Counted from the stretch's first letter, positions 1 to 8,255 are shown. The stretch is 59,439 nt of DNA from Alphaproteobacteria bacterium (GCA_050187535.1 JBFWXJ010000001.1:1-59439), one strand, 5' to 3'. Notes: a model not told the origin generated them from the sequence alone. Translations and numbers: made by a program.

Positions 1-2
1 GG

Positions 3-320
3 CACCGGGCGAACCCGATGCTGCGCATGTGCTTCGCGAACGTCGTCGCGGTGAAGGACGACGCCGAGAACGAGAAGCTGACCAAGGCGCGCTCCCGGGG
101 CCGCATCGACGGTGCCGTTGCTGCCGCGATGGCGATCGGTCGCGCCATGGCGTCGGACGCCAAGCCATCGATCTACGATCGCCCCGAGTTCTGGACGAAG
201 CCCGAGGCGCCGGCCGTAGAGGACGAGGCAACCATTCTGCGCGATCCCCGGCATCCGCGCTGGCAGGAGATGCGGGAGCGATACGAGCGGCGCCTGGCGC
301 TCATGGACGAGGACTACTGA
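3..320 (+). CDS. Phage terminase large subunit, C-terminal part (5' truncated by window edge)
   Basis: HRANPMLRMCFANVVAVKDDAENEKLTKARSRGRIDGAVAAAMAIGRA matches the terminal 'NPxLxW..N..D..N.K..K.KS..RIDG.VA..MA..RA' motif of HK97-type TerL; directly precedes the portal gene. Confidence 0.88.
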   Translation, partial: HRANPMLRMCFANVVAVKDDAENEKLTKARSRGRIDGAVAAAMAIGRAMASDAKPSIYDRPEFWTKPEAPAVEDEATILRDPRHPRWQEMRERYERRLALMDEDY

Positions 321-321
321 G

Positions 322-1539
322 ATGGGATTGTTGGCGCGAATCTTCGGCCTGGGCGAGACGGTGCGCACGCCGGATCGGCGCGGCGTCTCCGTGCTGGTCG
401 GGAGCGACGCCGGGGTCTATCTGACCGAGGACGTCCTCATGGGCGAGAACACGGCGATGGCCGCGGCCTCGCTCATCGCCCGCTCGACCGCGATGCTGCC
501 GGCTGACGTGCTGGTGGCGAAGTCGAGCGATCCCCGGGACGGCAACGTCGAGCTGCGGGACCACCAGGTCGCGCGGCTGATGGCGCGCGAGGCCAGCCCG
601 GACATGACGGCGATGGCGTTTCGCGAGGGAATGCAGTTGACGGCCTGCCTGCGCGGGAACGCATACGCCGAGATCGAGCGCGACGCGGTGGGGCGGCCCT
701 ATGCGTTGTGGCCGATCCATACCGACCGCGTCGAAGTGATCCGCGACGAACAGGGCCGCGTCGCCTACCTCGTCCAGAACGGCGGCAGGGGGGCGAGCAT
801 CATCCTCGCGCAGGACATGCTGCATCTCATGGGGCCGTCGATCGACGGCGGGCTGACGGGCCTCTCGCCCTTGTCCTACGCTCGCCACACCATCGGCCTC
901 GCCGTGGCGCAGGAGCGTTTCGCCGCCAGCTTCATCAGGAATCAGGCGGCGCCGAGCGGCGTCATCAAGCTCAAACACACGCTCAACAGCCCCGAGGCCA
1001 TGGATCGGATGCGCGAGGAAGTCGAGAAGCGGTTGACCGGCCCGCGCCGCGCCGGCCGCGTCGCGATCCTCGACAACGAGGCCGACTGGCAGCAGGTCGG
1101 TCTTACCCTGGTCGACGCCGAGTTCCTGGCGCAACGCCGCTACAGCGCGGAACAGGTTGCCGCCATCTTCGGCGTCCCGCCCCAGCTTCTCGGCGACAGC
1201 ACGCGCCAGACCTTCGCGAACTTCGCCGAGGCCGGCTTGAACTTCCTCGCCTACGGCCTGCAACCCTGGGTGACGCGCTGGGAACAGGAAGTGAATCGGA
1301 AGCTGCTGACCGAGGACACCCGGCTTCGGAAACGGCCCTTCCTGCGCATCAATACGTCGGCCGTCGTGCGCTCCGACATCGAGAAGCGGACGGCCGCCTA
1401 TGCCCTCGGGCGGCAGTGGGGATGGCTCAGCGTCAACGACGTCCGCCGCCTCGAGGATATGGAGCCGATCGGCGCCGAGGGTGACGTCTACATCACGCCC
1501 GGCCCTGTGCCCGCGGCGCCGGGGAGGGGAACACGATGA
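322..1539 (+). CDS. HK97-family phage portal protein
   Basis: 405 aa; LRGNAYAEIER, GLSPL, FIRNQAAPSGVI, DAEFLAQRRYS, IFGVPPQLLG and GWLSVNDVRRLEDMEPI are typical HK97 portal motifs. Confidence 0.95.
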   Translation: MGLLARIFGLGETVRTPDRRGVSVLVGSDAGVYLTEDVLMGENTAMAAASLIARSTAMLPADVLVAKSSDPRDGNVELRDHQVARLMAREASPDMTAMAFREGMQLTACLRGNAYAEIERDAVGRPYALWPIHTDRVEVIRDEQGRVAYLVQNGGRGASIILAQDMLHLMGPSIDGGLTGLSPLSYARHTIGLAVAQERFAASFIRNQAAPSGVIKLKHTLNSPEAMDRMREEVEKRLTGPRRAGRVAILDNEADWQQVGLTLVDAEFLAQRRYSAEQVAAIFGVPPQLLGDSTRQTFANFAEAGLNFLAYGLQPWVTRWEQEVNRKLLTEDTRLRKRPFLRINTSAVVRSDIEKRTAAYALGRQWGWLSVNDVRRLEDMEPIGAEGDVYITPGPVPAAPGRGTR

Positions 1540-2354
1540 CCGACCGACATCCGCACCGCACGGGTGCAACCCGCGCAATCGCGGGGATGCGCCTATGCTT
1601 GGCCGAGAAGGTCTTTGCCGAGCAGCGCGTCCACATCTTCGGCGACCTCGGCGACGAGGTGAAGGGGCGAGACGTCGCCGCCGCCATCGCCCGCGTCCCG
1701 GCCCGCGACCCGATCGGCGTCATCATCGACAGCGCCGGCGGCGACGTCTCCGATATGCGGGAGATCATCGCCGCCATGGACGCCCGCCGAGCGCCAGTCA
1801 TCACATTCGCGGTCGGCCGGGCAAACTCGGCTGCGGCCATCATTCTGGCGTCCGGGACGAAGCGGTACGCCAACGACGATGCCGAAATCATGGTGCATCA
1901 GGCGGCGGTGCAGGACATCGGCCAGAGACGGGCAACGGCGGACGTGCTGCGCACCATGTCCCGCACTCTCGACGGAACCGACGAGTGGATCGCGGCGCGC
2001 ATCGCCCGCGTCACGGGCAAGACGAAGGCGGAGGCCATGCGGATGCTGGAGCGCGAGACCTACCTGACGGCTGCATCGGCGAAGGCCATGGGCCTCGTCA
2101 CCCACATCGTTGAGCGGAAGCGCGAGGCGTCGCCGCCGGCCCCGCAGCCGCGCGCCGGCCTCGTCAACCCGTCCCGGGCGGCATACCGGGCGATGGTCAT
2201 GCAGCGGCTCGACGGCCGCATGATCGGGATGCCGACCGCGGTGTTCCATCAGATGGTGGAACGCGAAGTCGATCGGATGGTCGCGGGCGAGGGGCCGACG
2301 CCGATCGGCCGGCCCCACCAGATGATGCCGAGGTATCGCGGCGCCATCGTCTGA
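1536..2354 (+). CDS. ClpP-like phage head maturation protease
   Basis: IDSAGGDV, ANSAAAII (catalytic Ser), IMVH (His), ETYLTAASAKAMGLVT; ATGA overlap with the portal gene. Confidence 0.85.
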   Translation: MTDRHPHRTGATRAIAGMRLCLAEKVFAEQRVHIFGDLGDEVKGRDVAAAIARVPARDPIGVIIDSAGGDVSDMREIIAAMDARRAPVITFAVGRANSAAAIILASGTKRYANDDAEIMVHQAAVQDIGQRRATADVLRTMSRTLDGTDEWIAARIARVTGKTKAEAMRMLERETYLTAASAKAMGLVTHIVERKREASPPAPQPRAGLVNPSRAAYRAMVMQRLDGRMIGMPTAVFHQMVEREVDRMVAGEGPTPIGRPHQMMPRYRGAIV

Positions 2355-2412
2355 TGACGGCCTAGAACTACCACCAGCAGCGCCGGACGGCGCCGCATCT
2401 CAGGAGAAAGAA

Positions 2413-3000
2413 ATGTTCGCTGCAACGCACCTCTGCGGCTTCGGGGCGGGCGGCAATGATGCCGTGCAACCGCTCTGGAACGCGGCCGACAAAGACAGCG
2501 ACATCAACCTCAGCGACGACGACCGCACCGCTACTGCGGTGGGAACCGGCGGCGTTCGTTCCGTGCTCGCGATAACCGGCAAGCGGTATTTCGAGTTCGT
2601 GTCGGGGCTCAACAGTTCCAGCAACGGCCGCTTCGGCGTCGCCAACGGCAGTTACGACGTGACCACGGCGCCGGGGGCCGGCTCCAACGAATGGGTGATC
2701 CAGGGTGACGGCCAGAAGCTGACGAGCGGCAGCGCATCCGGCTACGGCTCGGCGCTCGCCAACGGCACGACCGGAATGCTCGCGGTCGATCCATCGTCGG
2801 GGAAGATCTGGGTCGGCGCCGCCGGGTCCTGGTTCAACTCGGGCGATCCCGCGGCAGGGACGGGCGAGATGTTCTCGACCCTGACCGGCACGCTCTATCT
2901 CGTGATGGGGAGGCCGACCGGCTCCAATCGGTCGATCACGCTGCGCCTTGTCGCCGACTACACATACTCGCCCCCGACCGGCTTCGTGGCTGGCGGGTGA
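2413..3000 (+). CDS. SPRY/B30.2-like (concanavalin-type beta-sandwich) phage protein
   Basis: AGGAGA RBS; WNAADKDSDINLSDDDRTAT...VRS...GKRYFEF...G.A.D...GKIW pattern of SPRY domains; Gly/Ser/Thr-rich. Confidence 0.65.
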   Translation: MFAATHLCGFGAGGNDAVQPLWNAADKDSDINLSDDDRTATAVGTGGVRSVLAITGKRYFEFVSGLNSSSNGRFGVANGSYDVTTAPGAGSNEWVIQGDGQKLTSGSASGYGSALANGTTGMLAVDPSSGKIWVGAAGSWFNSGDPAAGTGEMFSTLTGTLYLVMGRPTGSNRSITLRLVADYTYSPPTGFVAGG

Positions 3001-3047
3001 ACTTCGCAGCGCCGTGACGGCGCCGCATTCCCTTGAGGGAGGCCGAG

Positions 3048-5174
3048 ATGGCCGCAGCAGCAGAAACTCGAGTTGTTCGGATCGTCGTAGACGGAGCACC
3101 GGCTCGGGATGGCGCCAACGTCGTCCGGCGCAGCCTTGGCGACATGGACTCCGCCGCCGCCCGGAACGAAGCCAGCATCGGCCGCGTCCGCACCGCGCTC
3201 GGCGACCTCCGCGGCGCGATGGCACGCATGGACGACGGCAACGCCGTGGCGGCACTGCGGCGGATCACGACCGAACTGGACGCGATGCGGACCTCGCTCG
3301 GCGCCAGCGCCGCGGCGCACGAGAAGATGGCCGGCAGCCTCTCGGCGCTGGCAGGTGTCGTGCGGATGCTCGCACCGCTGCTCAGCGGCCTCTTCGCCGG
3401 TGTGAGCGCGGGGGCGCTGGTGACTTCGATCATCGAGGCCGGCGACGCCGTGACCCGTCTGGAAGGGCGGTTTCGGGCATTGACCGGTTCCGGCATGGCG
3501 GCGAAGGAGGCGGTGCAGCAGACATTCGCGATCGCCAGCCGCACGGGCGCCGCGTTCGATGAGGTGGGGCAATCGTTGAGCCGCTTCACCATCGCCAGCC
3601 AGGCCGTCGGCGCCACGCGGGCGGAGGCGGCGCGCCTCGTCGAGACGGTGATGAAGCTGGGCACGATCGGCGGCAGCACGACGCAGGAACTCGCCGCCGG
3701 TGCGCTCCAGCTCGGGCAGGCGTTGTCGAGCGGCCGGCTGCAGGGCGACGAACTGCGGTCGATCCTCGAAAACATGCCGCTCGTCGCCAAGGCGATCGCC
3801 GACCAGCTCGGCGTATCGGTCGGCAAGTTGAAGGAAATGGGCAGCGCGGGTGAGTTGACCGCGGAGAAGGTGTTCGGCGCCTTGCTGGCGCAGGGGAAGA
3901 AGACCGACGAGATGTTCGCCGCGATGCCGCTGACGGTGTCGCGCGCGGCGGGCGAGGCCAAGGTGGCGTGGATGCAGTTCGCCGCCGCGATCGACGAGTC
4001 CCTCGGCCTCAGCCAGCGGCTCGCCGCCTCGCTCCAGGCCATCGCCGGCCTGCTGCGAAACCTCACCCCGGCGACGACCGCAGCCTCGATCGCGTCGCTG
4101 ACCGAGAAGCGCGCCGAGATCGAAGCCGGATTGCGGACGAGGGAGTTGGACGCGCTGCGGGCCGAACTGGCCGAGATGAGGCGGAACCCCGAGGCGTACA
4201 CGGCCGAGATCGCCAGCCGCGAGAAGCTGCTGAAATCCCGCGAAGCCGCGGTGGATGCCATCAATCGGGAACTCGAAGCCCTTCGAGAACAGCAGCGTCT
4301 CCAGCAGCAGGCCACGGCTTGGAATCAGACGGCGGAGCAGGCGGCGGCGGCTCAGGCGAAGGCGAACCTTGCCGCGGCCGAGGCGGCGAAGAAGCACGGC
4401 GAAGGGATGGCATTCCTGAATGACCATTTGAAGGACCAGGGCGCGCTTCAGAAGCGAAACGAGACGATCAGCAAAGCGACGCAGCTTTTCAATGCGGACG
4501 TCATCACGCAGCAGCAGTTCATCGACGTCCTGAAGGAAGCCGAGAAAACCTACGTCGCCGACATCAAGAAGACCGAGGAACGGATAAAGAAGAAAAAAGA
4601 GGAAAAGACCACCTGGGCCGAGCTGAATGAATCTGTGCGCGAAGCCACGGCGGTTGCGCTGGAGCATGAACGCCGTCTCGCCGCCGGGTCGAAGGAATAC
4701 CTCGCCATCGCGAAGGCCGACGACGATCTGGCCGACAGCCTCACCAAGCGGTTCATCCCGGCATCGCAGAAGGCGTCCGCCGAGATCGCCACCTACGACC
4801 GGCTCCTGCAGTCGGGCCGGATCACCCAGGACACCTATGCCGCGGCCGTGGCCGAGACCAACGAGCAACTGGAGCGATCCGACCCGGCGTTCAAGGCCGC
4901 GGAGAAGGCAGCCGAACGCTACGAGGACGTGATGGCCGAGCCCTTCAAGGAGGCGGCGCGGTCGATGCAGAACACGTTCGCCGACACGTTCGAGAAGATC
5001 TTCTCCGGCGGCATCAAGTCGTTCGGCGACTTCGGCGACAGCGTCTTGACCATCATCAAGCGGATGGCGGCACAGATCGCCGCACTGCTCGTCTTCCCGC
5101 CGCCCCCGGGCGCCACGTTCGGCGTCGTCGCCGGCATCGACCCCTCAGACCTCGAGGCCGAGGAGGCCGCCTGA
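3048..5174 (+). CDS. Phage tail tape measure protein (possibly C-terminally truncated)
   Basis: GAGGGAGG RBS; tape-measure motif QLGQALSSGRLQGDELRSILENMPLVAKAIADQLGV...GELTAE; long Ala/Glu/Lys coiled coil. Confidence 0.9.
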   Translation: MAAAAETRVVRIVVDGAPARDGANVVRRSLGDMDSAAARNEASIGRVRTALGDLRGAMARMDDGNAVAALRRITTELDAMRTSLGASAAAHEKMAGSLSALAGVVRMLAPLLSGLFAGVSAGALVTSIIEAGDAVTRLEGRFRALTGSGMAAKEAVQQTFAIASRTGAAFDEVGQSLSRFTIASQAVGATRAEAARLVETVMKLGTIGGSTTQELAAGALQLGQALSSGRLQGDELRSILENMPLVAKAIADQLGVSVGKLKEMGSAGELTAEKVFGALLAQGKKTDEMFAAMPLTVSRAAGEAKVAWMQFAAAIDESLGLSQRLAASLQAIAGLLRNLTPATTAASIASLTEKRAEIEAGLRTRELDALRAELAEMRRNPEAYTAEIASREKLLKSREAAVDAINRELEALREQQRLQQQATAWNQTAEQAAAAQAKANLAAAEAAKKHGEGMAFLNDHLKDQGALQKRNETISKATQLFNADVITQQQFIDVLKEAEKTYVADIKKTEERIKKKKEEKTTWAELNESVREATAVALEHERRLAAGSKEYLAIAKADDDLADSLTKRFIPASQKASAEIATYDRLLQSGRITQDTYAAAVAETNEQLERSDPAFKAAEKAAERYEDVMAEPFKEAARSMQNTFADTFEKIFSGGIKSFGDFGDSVLTIIKRMAAQIAALLVFPPPPGATFGVVAGIDPSDLEAEEAA

Positions 5175-5175
5175 C

Positions 5176-5862
5176 ATGAGTATCATCATCGCCTGCGCGA
5201 ACCAGCGCGAGGCCGTCCTGGCGGTCGACACGCTGGGCTATACGGTCGACGATCCGGGGCGGAAGTTCAATACGAGCAAGAGCTTCACGCTGTCGCATCT
5301 GGGCGCCGTCTATGGCGCTTCATGCTCGGCCGTCTTCGCGCTGCGCTTCGGGCACGAGATCGTCGAGCGTGGCATCGGCAGCTTCGATGAACTGGTCGGC
5401 CGCCTCGTCGACATCGTCGATGCCGCCTATGGCTTCGGCGCCGACATCCTGGCCGGCATGGGTGACAACGCCGCTGCCCATCTGGCCGTGGTCGGCTGGT
5501 CGGCCGCGCGCAACCGCCCGCTGCTGCTGGTGGCGAGCAATGTCGACGAGGCGGCGACCATCGGCAGCTTCAGGGTGCGGGAGATGAACGACCAGATCGT
5601 CGCCATTCCGACGCCGCAGGGAACGATCGGCCCCGCCGGGTCGCGGAAGAAGGTCGACCCCGACGATGCCCTCGTCGCCATCGCCGAGGCGCAGCGGTCG
5701 ATGATCCGCAACATCTACGGCGAGGGCGGTCATATGGGCGGCCGGCTCATCCGGCACCGGGTCACCCGCCACGAGATGACGACGAAGGTCATTCACGAGT
5801 GGAGGGGCGACGTTCCCGAGCGCGGCGCCGTGCCCTCCGCCCTCATCGCAAAGGCCGCCTGA
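5176..5862 (+). CDS. Hypothetical protein with proteasome-beta/HslV-like (Ntn-hydrolase) N-terminus
   Basis: 228 aa; MSIIIAC....AVLAVDT...SK gives Ser1/Asp17/Lys34 after Met removal; coupled to the tape-measure stop with an AGGAGG RBS. Confidence 0.55.
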   Translation: MSIIIACANQREAVLAVDTLGYTVDDPGRKFNTSKSFTLSHLGAVYGASCSAVFALRFGHEIVERGIGSFDELVGRLVDIVDAAYGFGADILAGMGDNAAAHLAVVGWSAARNRPLLLVASNVDEAATIGSFRVREMNDQIVAIPTPQGTIGPAGSRKKVDPDDALVAIAEAQRSMIRNIYGEGGHMGGRLIRHRVTRHEMTTKVIHEWRGDVPERGAVPSALIAKAA

Positions 5863-5885
5863 CCGGCCCGAAGCAGGAGATCGAG

Positions 5886-6101
5886 ATGGCCGACGAGACG
5901 CAGCCCGAGATCGAGATGGCGAAGCTGGCGGCCCGGGTCCGCGAGCTGGAGTCCGCAATGGTCGATGCCGGCAAGGCGATGACGATCGCCGCTAGGGGCA
6001 TCTCGGAGATGGTGGCGCGGCACACCGCGTTGGCGAAGCGCGTGGACGTGCTGGAACGTCGCGGCGGGCTTCGCGTCATTCAGAAGGATTCGGCAGCATG
6101 A
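5886..6101 (+). CDS. Small coiled-coil phage hypothetical protein
   Basis: AGGAG RBS before ATG 5886; MADETQPEIEMAKLAARVRELE...; ATGA overlap with the next ORF. Confidence 0.6.
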   Translation: MADETQPEIEMAKLAARVRELESAMVDAGKAMTIAARGISEMVARHTALAKRVDVLERRGGLRVIQKDSAA

Positions 6102-6361
6102 CTGAGAACACCGAGGTTGCCACGACCATCGAGATCGCCTTGCGGGCCAAGGACGGCAGCGTCAACGTGATGCCGCTGCCCGAATACCTGGCCGGCATCG
6201 AGACCCGCCTCGCCGCGCTGGAGGACGCGCTACCGCGGATGGCGGCTGCGGTGCAGCGGGCCGCGGCCAAGATCGGCAAGGACATCGAGGCAGTCGAGGG
6301 TGCGACCGCATTCGCCAACCGGGCGGCACGGCGGGCTGCGGGCCGCACGGGTCGGCGGTAG
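6098..6361 (+). CDS. Small phage hypothetical protein
   Basis: 87 aa, translationally coupled to the previous ORF, GC3-rich codons. Confidence 0.55.
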   Translation: MTENTEVATTIEIALRAKDGSVNVMPLPEYLAGIETRLAALEDALPRMAAAVQRAAAKIGKDIEAVEGATAFANRAARRAAGRTGRR

Positions 6362-6488
6362 CTACGGAGCTTGGTTCGGTTCGGCCGCCTGACCGGCCGT
6401 GGCCGATGGCGGGCCGCTAGGCTCTTCCGGCTCCCGAACAGCCGGGACGCCGTGGAGGGCTTCTGCGGGGCGCCTGCGGGCCGCACGA

Positions 6489-6772
6489 TGCGACCACGTC
6501 AGATTTTCCCGGCGCCGGGAAAATTGGTGCGCAGGTGCGGGGAGCTGCTGAAGCAGTTCGACGCGAGGCCGCAGAACGCCTCGAAACAAAAGGACGACAA
6601 CGGCCATTTGATTCCGTCGCGCTACGGCGTTGGCGCCGACGCCGGCATGTCCGAGCGTCAGGTCAAGACCGCCGTCCGCGTCGCCAACGTCCCGACCGAG
6701 ACGTTCGATTTTTCTCGCCGGCGCGAAAATTGGTGCGACCAGCTCAAATTTTCGCGGCGCCGCGAAAATTGG
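6489..6772. repeat. Three related ~39-bp units with palindromic cores (ATTTTC-N10-GAAAATTGG)
   Basis: 6503-6524 ATTTTCCCGGCGCCGGGAAAAT (perfect 22-bp palindrome); 6708-6730 ATTTTTCTCGCCGGCGCGAAAAT (near-perfect); 6747-6770 AATTTTCGCGGCGCCGCGAAAATT (perfect 24 bp). Units 1 and 3 share the upstream linker TGCGACCAnnTCA. Confidence 0.9.
6527..6709 (+). pseudogene. Start-less fragment of a phage protein with an HTH-like segment
   Basis: VRRCGELLKQFD...AGMSERQVKTAVRVANVPTETFD resembles the 'RRxGELL...AGLSERQxxxAxRVA' phage family; no own start or RBS; bracketed by palindromic units. Confidence 0.5.
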
Positions 6773-6793
6773 ACTTTCCCAGCCACCCACTGC

Positions 6794-7046
6794 GCGTCGC
6801 TCGGAACTGACCGAGATGGAGCGGGCACGGGCGCTGGCGCGGCGCAAGGAAATCTACGAGATCAGGCATCCGGAGACGCGACAGCATGTCGCCGGTGCCG
6901 CGGCGAAGCATGGGCGTGCAAACGACAAAATGTCGTTTGCAGCCGAGACGGCGAAGAAGACGGGTCGGGACGAAAGCTCGGTACGCCGCTCCGTTCGCAT
7001 CGGCGAGCGCCTATCGCCGGAAGCGGAAGAGGCGGCGAAGGCCTGA
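6794..7046 (+). pseudogene. Fragment of a ParB-like phage protein (HTH region only)
   Basis: RRSELTEMERARALARRKEIYEIRHPET...FAAETAKKTGRDESSVRRSVRIGERL matches the region following the ParB N-domain; N-domain and start codon absent. Confidence 0.65.
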
Positions 7047-7067
7047 AAGGTCGAGCGGCCAATTGGG

Positions 7068-7997
7068 TCAGGGTCCTTGGTACGGAACATCCGACAGTCG
7101 GACCCGCTGAAATACTTCGCTAGGATAGCCATTGGATCGCAGCAAATCACCCACGCTGACTTGCGAAATTTCCTTGTGACGAGACGGACCAATCCACGCC
7201 TCGACAATTGGTATTCGTTCGTCCCTGATCATCGACAATGGAACGTATCTGGATATAAATGTTCTTGTGGGACGAAACTCTAATCTACCCTCGTCCTCTC
7301 GCCTGAGTTCGTAGAGAAGGCGCCATTCAGATTCATCGCGAAACGATGGATGCTTTATGACCGGCGCGAAATAAGTAATGTGTTGCCGCCAGTTGTCGAT
7401 GAACACCTGAAACCAAGTGTCACGATCGATGCCGGGCCTCCTGTCTAGACCCTCTCGAAACTTGTTAATTGTAGCGTGTGCGACGTGAGTTGCGAGGCGC
7501 ATATGCATGTCGTGATCGTAGTTGACTCGTGCCATATAGGTCTTCTTGCCGAACAACTTAGCATTTAGAATTTGTCCATCTATCACGATCGCGTACCCGT
7601 TCTCTCCTCCACCATATCCACGCCACTGATTTAAGTCGTCTTCTCGCTCCGAGAGGCATGCGACGAACCAATGGCTCGTCCTTGCCGAATCTTCGGACAG
7701 GAGGTCCAGCATTCTTGCTGAAACGTACCCAGCAACTGGGTCCGAATCCCGAAATGAAATATCAGTAAATGCAAGCTTCAATAGTGAATACGAATAGCGA
7801 AGCTCGGAAGCATCGTTCAGACAAGAGATCTGAGTCGCCCACAACGTCTTCGTTGAGACGATACCAATAAGGCCGCGACCATCTGTATAGTGCCAAAGTC
7901 TCTTCGGGGGAGATGATTGTAAGCCGAAATCCGCAAGCGTCTCCATGACGAAGCGACCATACCCGCCATGCTCATCGGTGGTGACGTCAACAGACAT
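7068..7997 (-). CDS. DUF2971-like protein (putative defence-associated cargo)
   Basis: LWHYT...ATQISCLNDASELRY, CLSEREDDLNQWRGYG, IKHPSFRDESEWRL, IGP motifs; visibly more AT-rich than flanks. Confidence 0.8.
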   Translation of the reverse strand: MSVDVTTDEHGGYGRFVMETLADFGLQSSPPKRLWHYTDGRGLIGIVSTKTLWATQISCLNDASELRYSYSLLKLAFTDISFRDSDPVAGYVSARMLDLLSEDSARTSHWFVACLSEREDDLNQWRGYGGGENGYAIVIDGQILNAKLFGKKTYMARVNYDHDMHMRLATHVAHATINKFREGLDRRPGIDRDTWFQVFIDNWRQHITYFAPVIKHPSFRDESEWRLLYELRREDEGRLEFRPTRTFISRYVPLSMIRDERIPIVEAWIGPSRHKEISQVSVGDLLRSNGYPSEVFQRVRLSDVPYQGP

Positions 7998-8030
7998 AGC
8001 AGCCTCGCTCTGTGACAGCGCGGGTAGGTC

Positions 8031-8255
8031 TCACCTGGATCGTAGCCTCACCCCCGGCCCTCCGCCGTTCTCCGCGATAATCTCGACACCGGCCGCTTCA
8101 AGGGCGGCGCGGAGCGCATCGACGGTACGGGGATAGAGGCTGTCGCCACGCTCAAACCGCGCAACGGTGTCCGGCGAGACCTTCGCCGCAGCAGCTAGGT
8201 CGCGAACGCCCCAGCCGACAGCGGTTCGCGCCATGCGGCACTGAATGGGCAACAT
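8031..8255 (-). CDS. XRE-family HTH transcriptional regulator
   Basis: QCRMARTAVGWGVRDLAAAAKVSPDTVARFERG...ALEAAGVEIIAENGGGPGVRL, a typical alphaproteobacterial phage XRE protein. Confidence 0.92.
   Translation of the reverse strand: MLPIQCRMARTAVGWGVRDLAAAAKVSPDTVARFERGDSLYPRTVDALRAALEAAGVEIIAENGGGPGVRLRSR

Noticed and set aside
1-5174. Gene transfer agent cluster
   Set aside because: RcGTA-like clusters have capsid and tail genes in fixed order and a different protease type, and are not bounded by tRNA att sites with XRE/cargo genes.
6489-6772. CRISPR array
   Set aside because: Only three non-identical units with very unequal spacing (205 and 39 bp) and no cas genes; reported as a different kind of array.
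6362-7123. ORFs 6371-7123(+), 6630-7046(+) and 6362-6847(-) as intact genes
   Set aside because: Each has recognisable protein similarity over only a short internal piece, and the two recognisable pieces lie in different frames; no convincing RBS.
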